A DNA stretch of 64,000 nucleotides from an uncultured Desulfurococcales archaeon (GTDB taxonomy: Archaea; Thermoproteota; Thermoprotei_A; EX4484-217-1), in NCBI GenBank assembly GCA_964496035.1, contig CAZBXI010000001.1, forward strand, positions 1,126 to 65,125. Reading direction: 5' to 3'. Position 1 is the stretch's first letter, and the number at the start of each line of letters is the position of its first letter. Below, one piece after another: positions 19,864-30,094 of this stretch. The position numbers and the translations under genes are program-made. Below the pieces are notes generated by a model. The model was not told the DNA's origin and searched no databases. It worked only from the letters and a program-made list of their open reading frames with translations.

Positions 19864-21330
19864 ATGGAGGAACTCAAGGTAAAAATAGGCTTGGAAGTTC
19901 ATGTACAACTAACTAAACTTAAAACCAAATTGTTCTGTTCATGTCCTTCAGATTATAGAGGAAAACCTCCGAATACCTATGTTTGCCCCGTATGCTTAGG
20001 TTTGCCAGGTTCTCTACCTAAGGTGAATATCAAAGCAATAGAGTATGCTATAATGGTTGCTTTAGCGTTAAACTGCAAGATAAACAAGAGAATATTGTTC
20101 TTCAGAAAACACTACTTCTACCCTGACATGACGAAGAACTTCCAAATTACACAGTACGATAGAGCAGGAGGAGCACCTATAGCCGTTAACGGATATTTAA
20201 AGCTTAATGTTAATGGTAAGGAAAAGATAATTAGAATAAGAAGGATTAACATTGAGGAAGACCCAGGAAAGCTTGTTTACCCTACAGGTTCCATAATTAC
20301 CAGCCCATATACTCTCGTTGACTACAATAGGGCTGGAATAGCCCTACTCGAAATAGTCACCGAACCCGACATAGAAACACCTGCCGAAGCTAGACTATTT
20401 CTACAAAAACTAAGGTCGATACTTGAACACTTAGGTGTTTGTGATTGCAGTTTAGAAGGAGCTGTTAGAACTGATGCAAACATCTCAATAGCTGGGGGAG
20501 GAAGAGTTGAGATTAAGAATATTGGATCTGTAAAGGATGTCGAAAAAGCACTTGCTTATGAAGTATTAAGGCAAAAGGAAGCGTTCCTCAAGGGAGTAAG
20601 TGTTAGAAGTGAAACCAGACACTGGGATGATGTAAGAAAAGTAACTGTACCATTAAGGGTAAAGGAGGAAGAACAAGATTACAGATACTTCCCCGAAGCT
20701 GACATTCCTCCCATAACAATAACGGATGACTATATTGAAAAAATAGCTAAGTGTATGCCTGAACTCCCTGATGAAAGAATAAAGAGATTTCAGAAGGAAT
20801 ATGGCCTCCCGCAGTATGACGCATCAGTCTTAGTTTCCAATAAGAAGTTAGCTGACTTTTTTGAAGAAGCAGTTAAGCTCTATGGTGGGAATCCCAAAAA
20901 GGTAGCCAATGTAATTATCAACGATTTTCTTAGATGGCTACATGAAAAGAATATGAGAATAAGTGATGTCAAAACAGGACCTGGAGATATTGCAGAACTG
21001 CTTAAATTAATGGACAAAGGAATCATAAGCATTAAGATAGCTAAGGAAATTTTGCCTGAAATGATAGTTACAGGTAAGAAACCTAAGGAAATAGTAAGAG
21101 AGAAAGGTCTACTTAGAATATCTGATGAACAAGTGCTGAAACCTATAATATTAAGAGTATTTAGCAAGCATAAGAAGGCGGTTCATGATGCTTTGAAAGA
21201 GGAAAAAGCAATAAATTACCTCATAGGGCAAGTTATGAAACTCACCAGAGGCAGGGCTGACCCGGTAATTACGAGAAACATCATAGTACAATTACTAGAG
21301 AAAATAAGGAAAGGAGAAAACATTATTTAG
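19864..21330 (+). CDS. gatB: Amidotransferase subunit B
   Basis: IGLEVHVQL, HYFYPD, DYNRAG, DYRYFPE, C-terminal Yqey-like domain. Confidence 0.98.
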   Translation: MEELKVKIGLEVHVQLTKLKTKLFCSCPSDYRGKPPNTYVCPVCLGLPGSLPKVNIKAIEYAIMVALALNCKINKRILFFRKHYFYPDMTKNFQITQYDRAGGAPIAVNGYLKLNVNGKEKIIRIRRINIEEDPGKLVYPTGSIITSPYTLVDYNRAGIALLEIVTEPDIETPAEARLFLQKLRSILEHLGVCDCSLEGAVRTDANISIAGGGRVEIKNIGSVKDVEKALAYEVLRQKEAFLKGVSVRSETRHWDDVRKVTVPLRVKEEEQDYRYFPEADIPPITITDDYIEKIAKCMPELPDERIKRFQKEYGLPQYDASVLVSNKKLADFFEEAVKLYGGNPKKVANVIINDFLRWLHEKNMRISDVKTGPGDIAELLKLMDKGIISIKIAKEILPEMIVTGKKPKEIVREKGLLRISDEQVLKPIILRVFSKHKKAVHDALKEEKAINYLIGQVMKLTRGRADPVITRNIIVQLLEKIRKGENII

Positions 21331-21392
21331 CTGAACGTCATTGCGTGGGTTTCTCATCACAACGTTCAGCACTTAATCCCTAAATCATCCAC
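21330..21392 (-). ncRNA. Box C/D guide sRNA candidate
   Basis: Minus strand: degenerate C (GGATGAT), guide, D' CTGA (21366-69), C' GTGATGA (21354-60), GAAACCCACGCA, D ATGA (21338-41); GCTGAACG/CGTTCAGC inverted repeat. Confidence 0.65.
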
Positions 21393-21446
21393 TATAAATA
21401 TTAACACGTCCAGGGTAATATAAATAAACATGGTGTTATAGGAAAT

Positions 21447-21671
21447 ATGGTAAGCTATAAGATAATAAGATGCCCGTTTTGCAGGGGAATATTAGCCGTA
21501 AAGGTGGGTCAAAAGACTAAAACTTGTACATACTGTGGTAAAAAAATTAAGGTTTCTTCATTAAAAGCATTAGCTCTAGCTAAAGACTCAAAAGAAGCAG
21601 GATTAATTGTTAGGTTCCTAAAAGCTAAAGAAGCAGGTCTTGCCCACGAACTTTATCGTAGTGGAGATTAA
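21447..21671 (+). CDS. Zinc-ribbon protein (DUF1922-like)
   Basis: IIRCPFC...KTKTCTYCG. Confidence 0.8.
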   Translation: MVSYKIIRCPFCRGILAVKVGQKTKTCTYCGKKIKVSSLKALALAKDSKEAGLIVRFLKAKEAGLAHELYRSGD

Positions 21672-21777
21672 AGGATCAAGCACAACGTATTTAATTTTCC
21701 CTATATAGGAGCATCTAAAAAAATTTTTAAACCGGCAATTAAAAATTATAGCAAAACTATAGCGGGGCCAAGTTTAT

Positions 21778-22506
21778 ATGAGTGTTTCAGCAGACAAATA
21801 CGAAACATTAAGATTTCGCCTTATGGTTATTGAGAGATTAAAACTTTTGAAGCGAATGTTCTCATATAAAGAACTTTCATCAATAACTGGTGTACCGGAG
21901 ACTGTTCTTTGCAGATATATTAAAGGATCCATTATACCAAGCTATGATCAAGCAGAAAGAATATGGAATGCTTTGAACAAAATGGTTGATATTAGAAAAC
22001 TAATTCTAGAAAAACTTGAAGTTATTGGAGAAGGTTTTGTTGATCTCTCACAAATACTATCTGATCCATACATGCTACAATACATAGCGCAACATGTCTA
22101 CATGCTCTTTGCTGGTAAGAGGGTAACTAAAGTATTAGCTCCAGCAGTTAATGGTATACCTTTAGCTACGGCTATTGCCCTAACGTTTCAAGTACCTTTA
22201 GTTATAGCTCGTAGAACTAGAAATATCAACGTAATAGACTATGTTGAAGGCTCATATATAGGTCCTTCTGCAGATATCGTAACATTTTATGTGCCTAAGA
22301 GAATGATAAAGAGAAAAGACGAAGTCCTAATAGTGGACGACATAGTTAGAACAGGTAGAACTCTTAGAACTATGGCTAAAATAGTAGAAAAAGTAAAAGC
22401 GATAATTAGTGGTGCTGTCGTATTGGTAGGTATAGGTGATTCGTGGAAGAAAGAGGTTAACATACCTGTTGAAGTTATTGTACAGCTACCTAAAACCTTA
22501 AAGTAG
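21778..22506 (+). CDS. HTH-phosphoribosyltransferase fusion (PurR/APRT-like)
   Basis: N-terminal HTH SYKELSSITGVPETVLCRY; PRPP motif VLIVDDIVRTGRT. Confidence 0.9.
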   Translation: MSVSADKYETLRFRLMVIERLKLLKRMFSYKELSSITGVPETVLCRYIKGSIIPSYDQAERIWNALNKMVDIRKLILEKLEVIGEGFVDLSQILSDPYMLQYIAQHVYMLFAGKRVTKVLAPAVNGIPLATAIALTFQVPLVIARRTRNINVIDYVEGSYIGPSADIVTFYVPKRMIKRKDEVLIVDDIVRTGRTLRTMAKIVEKVKAIISGAVVLVGIGDSWKKEVNIPVEVIVQLPKTLK

Positions 22507-22554
22507 CCTCAATACTGCATTGGTGCTCCTAGGATATAGCGTTGAGGCATAGTA

Positions 22555-24294
22555 ATGTATGAAATTTCTGAAGAGCGCATTTCGAAATATTATTCCAAAT
22601 ATCTTTTCAAATCACCAAAAACTAGGATATTAGTTACGGTCTACATCCTCGGCCTTACACTGTATTCCACTATTCTTTACTTGCGAGGAACTTTTACTCC
22701 ATTACCGCTTATTGCCATTATTACGAATAACGGCTTACTGTATTTTGTTCTTAGGAAAACAGTTATTGCTAAAATGAATTATACACGAAGATTCTTAGTG
22801 TTACTAACTTATGCTCTGTACTTATCCTTAATAATGGATGCACTAGCATCATTTATTATCAATATTAATGTTCCATATCTAATAACATACATATCTTCTA
22901 CGTTCATCATATTTATACTGCTTATTCCTGAAAACAAGGTCTTAACCATGCTAAACGCTTCTTTAGCTATGGTGATGTACTACCTTCTACTACTTCCTTT
23001 AATAAATGATGGAAGACGCTATAGTTCATTTGTCTTTATTTTTTCCTCTCTCGTAGCTTGTCTATTTTTAGCAGGACTATACTATAGTATTTCGGGAAAA
23101 GTTCTTGGTGTTAATAGCAGACTTTTAGCTAAAAGCTTTCTAGACTTATGGTTCGCACATGATCCTAGAATACTTGAGAATATTTTACAAAAACACGGAG
23201 TAACTAAAAATTTGTGGGTAAAGCTCTATGCTATAGTTAAAGACAATAAACTAAAAGGAATACTTCTATCTACATTAATACACTCGGGTCCTTTAAGAAA
23301 CGTTGGCAGCTCTAAATACATATCAATGTTCAGAGAAATATTAGAGAAAAAACTTGAGGCACCAGTGGTTATATTTCATACCGCCACGACTCATATAAAC
23401 GACTTAGTATCCTCCTTAGATGTTGCCAAAATAGGAGGTAAAATAGTTGACAGGCTAAGTAAGCAAAACTACACAAAAATAAGCTTTATCGGCTCTTTCG
23501 CTGTAAGCTCTTTAGACGATTATAGTGTTTTATATATACCTCTTGAGAAATCTCCTATGTTCATATTATCTAATGATAAGGGCATAGATGACTTGCCTGA
23601 AATACTAAATGAAGAAGTAGAGAACTACGCTCGTAAGCTGGGGTTGAAAGACGCTCTCATTGTTGAAGCACATAACAATATGCCTTCGAAACGTAGAATA
23701 GTGAAGGATGAAGTTAAAGTATATGGTAAGTTGATACGTGGAATTCTTCGTAATTACCGATACCATTTAATGTATCCTTTAGAGTTAGGATTAGGCGAGG
23801 CTAGGGATAGTAGGCTTTTGAAATGCCCTGATGTGTGCTCAGATAGGATCTATGCAATCGCCATTAAAGCTGGAAAAGAAATACTCATGTTAGCCGTAGT
23901 AGATGGCAATAATGCTTTAAATGCTTTCAGGAAGAAGGTTATTTCAGCTTTAAAAACTTCATTGAAAGTAAGTCATGCTGAACTGTTAACGACGGATAAT
24001 CATGAAAAAACAGGTTTAATTACAGGAAAGCATGCATACGTACCCGTTGGTGCGAGCTTATGTAATGATATCATATTGTCTAATATTGTGAAAGCTGGGA
24101 GAAGAGCGTTGGCGGATTTGGGAAAATGCGAGCTCCGCTACTACCGTATAAACTTTACGTCTAAAACTCTAGGTGATTCTGGTCTTGCTTTCTTTGAAAA
24201 GATACTTTCAAAAATTCCGAGTATAGTACATTTGCTTTTCTTATTTAATGTTATAGCGTATGTTATTCCAATAATATTCCTAATATTCTTATAG
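22555..24294 (+). CDS. DUF2070-family membrane protein
   Basis: N-terminal TM helices; HSGP..NVGSS, H..TH..D, EAHN, DGNN, TTDNH. Confidence 0.85.
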   Translation: MYEISEERISKYYSKYLFKSPKTRILVTVYILGLTLYSTILYLRGTFTPLPLIAIITNNGLLYFVLRKTVIAKMNYTRRFLVLLTYALYLSLIMDALASFIININVPYLITYISSTFIIFILLIPENKVLTMLNASLAMVMYYLLLLPLINDGRRYSSFVFIFSSLVACLFLAGLYYSISGKVLGVNSRLLAKSFLDLWFAHDPRILENILQKHGVTKNLWVKLYAIVKDNKLKGILLSTLIHSGPLRNVGSSKYISMFREILEKKLEAPVVIFHTATTHINDLVSSLDVAKIGGKIVDRLSKQNYTKISFIGSFAVSSLDDYSVLYIPLEKSPMFILSNDKGIDDLPEILNEEVENYARKLGLKDALIVEAHNNMPSKRRIVKDEVKVYGKLIRGILRNYRYHLMYPLELGLGEARDSRLLKCPDVCSDRIYAIAIKAGKEILMLAVVDGNNALNAFRKKVISALKTSLKVSHAELLTTDNHEKTGLITGKHAYVPVGASLCNDIILSNIVKAGRRALADLGKCELRYYRINFTSKTLGDSGLAFFEKILSKIPSIVHLLFLFNVIAYVIPIIFLIFL

Positions 24295-24330
24295 TACTTA
24301 CTTTATAACAGAAGAAGGTGACCAATTTAA

Positions 24331-25161
24331 ATGGAAGTTCGGGGTTTCCAAAAAGTAATTGATGCTCAACGTAAACTTATAGCTGAACGTTTTGAGAAAA
24401 TAAAACATAAAATTGTTATCATGAGCGGTAAGGGAGGTGTAGGTAAAAGCTTTTTTGCTGCAAACATCTCTGTAGCGTTAGCTGATCTCGGTAGGAAAGT
24501 GTGTGTTTTTGATGCTGATTTTCATGGACCCGATATACCTAAGATTTTAGGTGTTAGGGGGAAATCCATTTACGCAGGGCCCAGGGGTATAGAGCCTGTT
24601 ATGACGGGTTATGGTGTTAAAGTTATTTCGTTAGATCTCATGATAGCTGATAGTGAGGCGCCAATTATCTGGCGTGGTCCATTAAAAATAACAGCGATTA
24701 GGCAGCTACTAGCTGAGGTTAACTGGGGAGAACTTGATTATTTCGTAATAGATTTACCTCCCGGAACAGGGGATGAACCATTAAGTATAGCTCAAGAAGT
24801 TCCAAACCTTGATGGCATAATCCTAGTGACCATACCCTCTGAAGTATCATTACTGGACGTTAAGAGAGCAGCAGGTTTTGCAAAGAAGCTTAACATACCA
24901 ATTATAGGTATTGTTGAGAATATGAGTTACTATAAGTGTCCAGTATGTGGTCATGTAGAATACCCGTTCGGTAAAAGTGGTGGTGAATTTTTAGCTAGAA
25001 AACTAGGTGTAGAACTCTTGGGTAGGATACCTTTGGACCCGAGAATTAATGAGGCTAACGATAAGGGCGAACCTTACGTGAAAATGTTCTCGAATAGTGA
25101 AACCACAAGGGAAATATTTAAAATAGCTAGGAAAATAATCAGTAAGCTTGAAGGTAGTTGA
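24331..25161 (+). CDS. mrp: Mrp/Nbp35 Fe-S carrier ATPase
   Basis: SGKGGVGKS, WRGP, DLPPGTGD, ENMS..CPVC. Confidence 0.95.
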   Translation: MEVRGFQKVIDAQRKLIAERFEKIKHKIVIMSGKGGVGKSFFAANISVALADLGRKVCVFDADFHGPDIPKILGVRGKSIYAGPRGIEPVMTGYGVKVISLDLMIADSEAPIIWRGPLKITAIRQLLAEVNWGELDYFVIDLPPGTGDEPLSIAQEVPNLDGIILVTIPSEVSLLDVKRAAGFAKKLNIPIIGIVENMSYYKCPVCGHVEYPFGKSGGEFLARKLGVELLGRIPLDPRINEANDKGEPYVKMFSNSETTREIFKIARKIISKLEGS

Positions 25162-25217
25162 TGAGAGGACCACGAACGGACATTTAGGATGAAGAACAGG
25201 CTAAATACTGATACCTT
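25151..25217 (+). ncRNA. Box C/D guide sRNA overlapping the mrp stop codon
   Basis: AAGGTA/TACCTT terminal stem; C TTGATGA 25158-64, D' CGGA 25177-80, C' ATGAAGA 25189-95, D CTGA 25208-11; 12-nt guides. Confidence 0.85.
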
Positions 25218-25267
25218 AAGCTTCAAGAACTTGTACTATACTAAGTTAAAAATGGAGGTTTATTATT

Positions 25268-26158
25268 ATGGTTAAAATAGATCCTGCATGCATACCCTGT
25301 ATTATCACAGTAAGAACGCGTGAACTTCACGAACTACCTATAACAGAGCAAAAGAAATTCCATATTTTAAGACATATTTTAAAGTACTTGGCCTCTTACG
25401 CTAGTACTGAAGCTAATATAACAAGGTTAGCTACGCAAACTTTCCGTATTCTTAAAGAACTCTCAGGATATAGAGATCCTTATGCTAATGAGAAAGAAAA
25501 AGCTAACAAAGTAGCGCTTAGCTTTGCCGAGAAGATAAAGAAGGAAATAACTCCATATGAAGTTAAGGAGAAACTATGTTTTCTCATAAAATTAGCTGTT
25601 CTAGGTAATGCCTTAGATTTTGGGGTTGCAGGTTATAAATACGATATTGATAAGATATTAGCTGAAATAGATACTATGAATATACATATAGATGACACTG
25701 GAATACTTATTCAAATGATTATGAAATCTAGAAAGATTGTCTATTTACTTGACAATGCTGGCGAAGCAGTATTTGATAAACTTCTCGTAGATGAACTTGT
25801 AGACTTAGGTAAGAGAGTTGTAGTTGTGGCGAAAAGCGGGAGTTTTCAGAACGATATAACATATGATGAGGCTCTGAGACTGGGCTTTCACAGGAAAGCA
25901 ATACTTGTAGAGACAGGAAGTGATTCGTCAAGTATATTCCCTGAAGAAACATGCAGGAAGGTACTGGATGAAATATTATCTGCCGATGTAGTTATAGCAA
26001 AGGGCATGGCTCATTATGAACATTTGACTACTGAAAGAATAATCAGAAAACCTATTGCTTATCTACTGAAGGCTAAATGCGAAGTCATAGCAAGAGATTT
26101 ATCAGTTCCAGTAGGGTCATATATTGTTAAGGTGGAGAACAAAATAGGGTCTTGTTAA
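25268..26158 (+). CDS. DUF89/ARMT1-like damage-control phosphatase
   Basis: CIPC, DPY, GNALD, DNAGE..FD, KGMAHYE, AKC. Confidence 0.92.
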   Translation: MVKIDPACIPCIITVRTRELHELPITEQKKFHILRHILKYLASYASTEANITRLATQTFRILKELSGYRDPYANEKEKANKVALSFAEKIKKEITPYEVKEKLCFLIKLAVLGNALDFGVAGYKYDIDKILAEIDTMNIHIDDTGILIQMIMKSRKIVYLLDNAGEAVFDKLLVDELVDLGKRVVVVAKSGSFQNDITYDEALRLGFHRKAILVETGSDSSSIFPEETCRKVLDEILSADVVIAKGMAHYEHLTTERIIRKPIAYLLKAKCEVIARDLSVPVGSYIVKVENKIGSC

Positions 26159-26835
26159 TGCCTGTGTACGCCATTTCTAGAGGAATTTACGCTATCGGTG
26201 GCCCTGAATTATCCTTCCCTCTTGACGCATTCTCGTACATTATAAAACTAAACCGTAAGTACCTAGTAGTGGATACAGGTACAGGGCTAGGTTTTTCAAA
26301 TATCCTATCTAATATCTTGGAGCTTAAAGTAGATATAAAAGATATCAGCTACGTTATTATAACTCACTGCCATGTAGATCATGCTGGGGGAGCGTATTTA
26401 TTCTATAAGGTAGGACTGCCTATTGTTATGCATGAAAAAGATGCTCTAGCTGTTAGAACAGGCGACCCCAAGAGAACAGCTTCTGACATACTAAATTTAA
26501 CATTTAATCCTTCACCTGTTACATTATGCTTAAGAAGCGATACTGAAATAAGTGTTGATGGAAAAGACATTACGATACTCCATACGCCTGGCCATACTCC
26601 AGGGTCTATATCAGTCCATTTGGAAGTTTATGGTAAAAAAGTGGTAATAATAGGAGATATTTTGAGTGGTTTAAAGAAGGAGTGGCTTTCTAATAGTATT
26701 GACTGGAAGAAAAGTATAAGTAAGGTATTGGAATTGGATTTTGACATTATTCTTGCAGGCCATTTTTATAGGAGAGGTAGGAGTAAGGACGTGTTTTATG
26801 ATGCTTTAAGGCAAGGTCCTTTATGGATGGATTAG
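26152..26835 (+). CDS. Metallo-beta-lactamase-fold hydrolase
   Basis: THCHVDH, HTPGHTPGS, GD, GH. Confidence 0.92.
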   Translation: MLMPVYAISRGIYAIGGPELSFPLDAFSYIIKLNRKYLVVDTGTGLGFSNILSNILELKVDIKDISYVIITHCHVDHAGGAYLFYKVGLPIVMHEKDALAVRTGDPKRTASDILNLTFNPSPVTLCLRSDTEISVDGKDITILHTPGHTPGSISVHLEVYGKKVVIIGDILSGLKKEWLSNSIDWKKSISKVLELDFDIILAGHFYRRGRSKDVFYDALRQGPLWMD

Positions 26836-27470
26836 TATGGTTTAATAGCAAAATAGGGTATATATCTTCTTATAAAAATGTAGGCATTTACGTAGGGGCG
26901 GTCTTTCCTAGCATCAGATGATAAATCAACATATCCTAGTCTCCAAAGGTAGGATAAAGCTAGAAGGTACATGCTACGATATTTTTCCATAAGATTCGCA
27001 TATTGAACTTCATCATTAAAGAATTTCCTTACGAAAATTTCATCCTTAAAGTAAGGTTCTAAGACCTCTTTATGTTTCTTAATAAATTCACATGCGAGAG
27101 ATACTGTGTAACTGCTTCTGTGGAAGGCTATTTTGGATAGAGGATCAAAATAATAATTAATAGACTTAATTGTGTAAGGAAAACTTCTACAAATCAGAGG
27201 TTTATACTTGTCATGAATTAGGCAAAGATTTTTCCTGCTCAGAAACGGGCATTTACCGTTCTTGCCTAATTGCATATGATACGTTAAAACTATATTCACG
27301 CTACTTACGCGATCATATATTGAATATCCTTCAATAAATCTTAACTTTACATTATGGAGTTTAGCTAGGTCATTTAAGATAAGAACTTCATGGGGTAATA
27401 ATGAAATAGGGCTTGCCATGCAGCAAATGCCGCATCGAAGACAGGAGAATTTTATATGGTCCTCGCTCAC
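26832..27470 (-). CDS. YkgJ-family cysteine-cluster protein
   Basis: CLRCGICC, CPFL, C.IH..KPLICRSFP. Confidence 0.9.
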   Translation of the reverse strand: MSEDHIKFSCLRCGICCMASPISLLPHEVLILNDLAKLHNVKLRFIEGYSIYDRVSSVNIVLTYHMQLGKNGKCPFLSRKNLCLIHDKYKPLICRSFPYTIKSINYYFDPLSKIAFHRSSYTVSLACEFIKKHKEVLEPYFKDEIFVRKFFNDEVQYANLMEKYRSMYLLALSYLWRLGYVDLSSDARKDRPYVNAYIFIRRYIPYFAIKPY

Positions 27471-27617
27471 CCTACCTTGTCCCCTACAATTTCCTAACCA
27501 TTGTTAATTTACTTTTACAATAGCTTATAAATACAGTGTATTTTTAAATATTTTACCTTAACCTTAAAATAATCACCTTACCCTAGTCAGTAATAGGCTA
27601 AGACAGGTGATTCCTTA

Positions 27618-28379
27618 ATGGTGGTTTTTAAAGTAGGATGTTGCGGGTTTCCGGTTTCGAGGTCAAGGTATTTTAAAACACATAGTCTCGTTGAAATTCA
27701 GCAAACGTTTTACAAGTTACCTTCCAAGAAAACTCTAGTACGTTGGAGAAACGAAGCACCCGAGAACTTCGAATTTACTATTAAGGCATGGCAGGTTATA
27801 ACGCATTCTCCAAGTAGCCCTACATGGAAGAAAAGTGGCATTAAGGTTCCTGATGAATTAAAAGATAAATATGGATATTTAAGACCGACAAAGGAAAATT
27901 TTGAAGCATGGAACATGGTAGAAGAAGCTGCTGAAATATTAGGCGCGAAAATAATTGTTGTTCAGACACCTCCATCGTTTAATTATACCGATGAGAATTT
28001 TAACAATGCCATAGAGTTCTTCAGTAGAGTAGCTAAGAAAACGGAATTTATCATTGCATGGGAGCCACGAGGTACATGGCTTAACAACCTAGAAAAGATT
28101 AGAGAGATTATTGAAAAAACAGGTATAATTCATTGTATTGACCCTTTCATTAAAGACCCGGCTGTAATAGGACACACGGTTTACTTACGACTTCACGGAA
28201 GAGGTAAGAGGTGGCCCAATTACAAATATAAGTATACGGATGAGGATCTAGTAGAATTAAAAAAGAAAATATTTAGATATGGATCTGTGGGTGCTAAGGA
28301 GGTTTATATTCTATTTAACAACGTATACATGTATAATGATTCACTTAAGTTTAAGAAACTCCTTAGTATTGAGGATTAA
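27618..28379 (+). CDS. DUF72 family protein
   Basis: VGCCGF, VEIQQTFY, QTPPSF, WEPRG, YLRLHG, FNN. Confidence 0.92.
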   Translation: MVVFKVGCCGFPVSRSRYFKTHSLVEIQQTFYKLPSKKTLVRWRNEAPENFEFTIKAWQVITHSPSSPTWKKSGIKVPDELKDKYGYLRPTKENFEAWNMVEEAAEILGAKIIVVQTPPSFNYTDENFNNAIEFFSRVAKKTEFIIAWEPRGTWLNNLEKIREIIEKTGIIHCIDPFIKDPAVIGHTVYLRLHGRGKRWPNYKYKYTDEDLVELKKKIFRYGSVGAKEVYILFNNVYMYNDSLKFKKLLSIED

Positions 28380-28382
28380 CAT

Positions 28383-28622
28383 ATGAAAGTAGATAATGTG
28401 GTTCCCGTTCTCGTAATAATGTTCATCGCATGGGTAGGATTGCTTATTACTCTATACGTAATTAACTTAATTGTTTCAATAATTCCTCAAGGAGTAAGCA
28501 ATACGGAGAAGCTCCTGTATTCTATAGTTAAAATAGGGTTATCGGCGTTCGTTGCCTTTGTATGGTTGAGCTTATGGTTTCTAATGACATTAAAATACAG
28601 GAATATGTATTTAAGGAAGTGA
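28383..28622 (+). CDS. Small two-TM membrane protein
   Basis: 79 aa, two hydrophobic helices, tightly spaced between DUF72 and GT2. Confidence 0.7.
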   Translation: MKVDNVVPVLVIMFIAWVGLLITLYVINLIVSIIPQGVSNTEKLLYSIVKIGLSAFVAFVWLSLWFLMTLKYRNMYLRK

Positions 28623-28627
28623 ATCCA

Positions 28628-30034
28628 ATGAGCAATATACTGTTACTCTTAATGTTGCTTTCCTATACTATCTTCATGATACCCTTTATATTACAATTGA
28701 TCTATTTTATTACTTCTACCAAGAAAAATCCTAAACTACATGGCGGTAAGTTTATACATTCTACATCTCCTCATGTATCCATATTAGTCCCGGTAAGGAA
28801 TGAAGACCCACAATTAATAGTTAAACTACTTAGAACTATAAGCAGATTACACTACGACAAAAGTAAATTAGAGGTTATCATAATAAGCGATGATAGAAAA
28901 GAGGACTTCTTAAAACTCAATAATGCCATACAGCAAGTACTTGGAAGCTTAGGCTATGAAGTTAAGCTTCTGTGGAGATCTAAACCTATAGGGTACAAAG
29001 CTGGAGCGTTAAATTATGGTCTAAAATATGCGAAAGGGGAAATCATTGCGGTATTTGATGTCGATAGTGAACCTGAGCCTAACATACTAAGCGTGGTCTT
29101 GAATTACATGAGAAGCGGATATCATGCGGTTATGGTTAAATGGGTTCCTTCAAATACTCATGAAAGCTTACTAAGTGAAGCTGTTGGCCTATATCAGGAA
29201 TTCGCTTTTAAAACACTTTTTGCAGGCAGGTTTAATGTTCTAGGATACACTAGTCTAGCAGGATCAGGTTTCTTTATCAGCAGAAAAGTTTTAGAGAATG
29301 TAGGCGGTTTCTGCGAAGAAACTATTCTAGAAGACGTAGATTTGGGACTTAGACTATTCCTTAAAGGATATAAAATATGCTATACTGAAGACACTTACGT
29401 TCGTCTAGAAGTTCCCTCCAGTTACGCATCGTATAAGGAGCAACAGAAACGTTGGGCCTATGGTGCTCTACAAATACTTAAAAAATACTTTAGAGCCATA
29501 TTGAAATGTCGAAGAACTCTTATTGAGAAACTAGAGTACATTACATATTTGGCTCAATACCTTTCCTCGTTGTTTCTAATGCTTTTCTCTCTTATGCTTG
29601 TGCTTTATCTTTGCTATGCAGATATGGAGCTCGTAGTACTATATTTATTTGCTGCTTGGCTTACTGTCTTCGTAATGTACTCTCTATTCTTCATGTCCTT
29701 CGGGATAAGTAAGGGATTATCAGCCTTTAGAGCATTAAGAATTATAGGTAGAATTTCCGGAATTACTTATCCTATGATACCTCACTTAATATCAGCAATG
29801 CTCAAAGCTGCATCAGGTAAAAGATTTTTCTGGTTTGTCACACCCAAGGGACGGAAAAAGCAAAGCACGAGAAGAAAGATGTCTCTACTTTATGAAACCC
29901 TATTTTACCTTGCATTAACAACGTTAGCACTTTATGTCATTATTAAAGGTTACCTGATAGCTTCTCTATGGTTGCTTTTACAGTTAAGTTCTGCACCATA
30001 CTTTTATCATATGTTTCTAAGAGGAAAAGTATAA
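28628..30034 (+). CDS. Membrane GT2 glycosyltransferase, cellulose-synthase-like
   Basis: KAGALN, DVD, LED, QQKRW, VTPK; several TM helices; ATG 28628 preferred over the overlapping 28562 start. Confidence 0.9.
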   Translation: MSNILLLLMLLSYTIFMIPFILQLIYFITSTKKNPKLHGGKFIHSTSPHVSILVPVRNEDPQLIVKLLRTISRLHYDKSKLEVIIISDDRKEDFLKLNNAIQQVLGSLGYEVKLLWRSKPIGYKAGALNYGLKYAKGEIIAVFDVDSEPEPNILSVVLNYMRSGYHAVMVKWVPSNTHESLLSEAVGLYQEFAFKTLFAGRFNVLGYTSLAGSGFFISRKVLENVGGFCEETILEDVDLGLRLFLKGYKICYTEDTYVRLEVPSSYASYKEQQKRWAYGALQILKKYFRAILKCRRTLIEKLEYITYLAQYLSSLFLMLFSLMLVLYLCYADMELVVLYLFAAWLTVFVMYSLFFMSFGISKGLSAFRALRIIGRISGITYPMIPHLISAMLKAASGKRFFWFVTPKGRKKQSTRRKMSLLYETLFYLALTTLALYVIIKGYLIASLWLLLQLSSAPYFYHMFLRGKV

Positions 30035-30094
30035 TTAAGAATTCAGCATTTACCAAGATAGCAGAGGTTACGAAATAATATATGGTGCACATGT

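Noticed and set aside
22506..22545. GCCTCAA/TTGAGGC hairpin followed by ATA, superficially H/ACA-like
   Set aside because: No K-turn or convincing P2; more likely a simple intergenic stem
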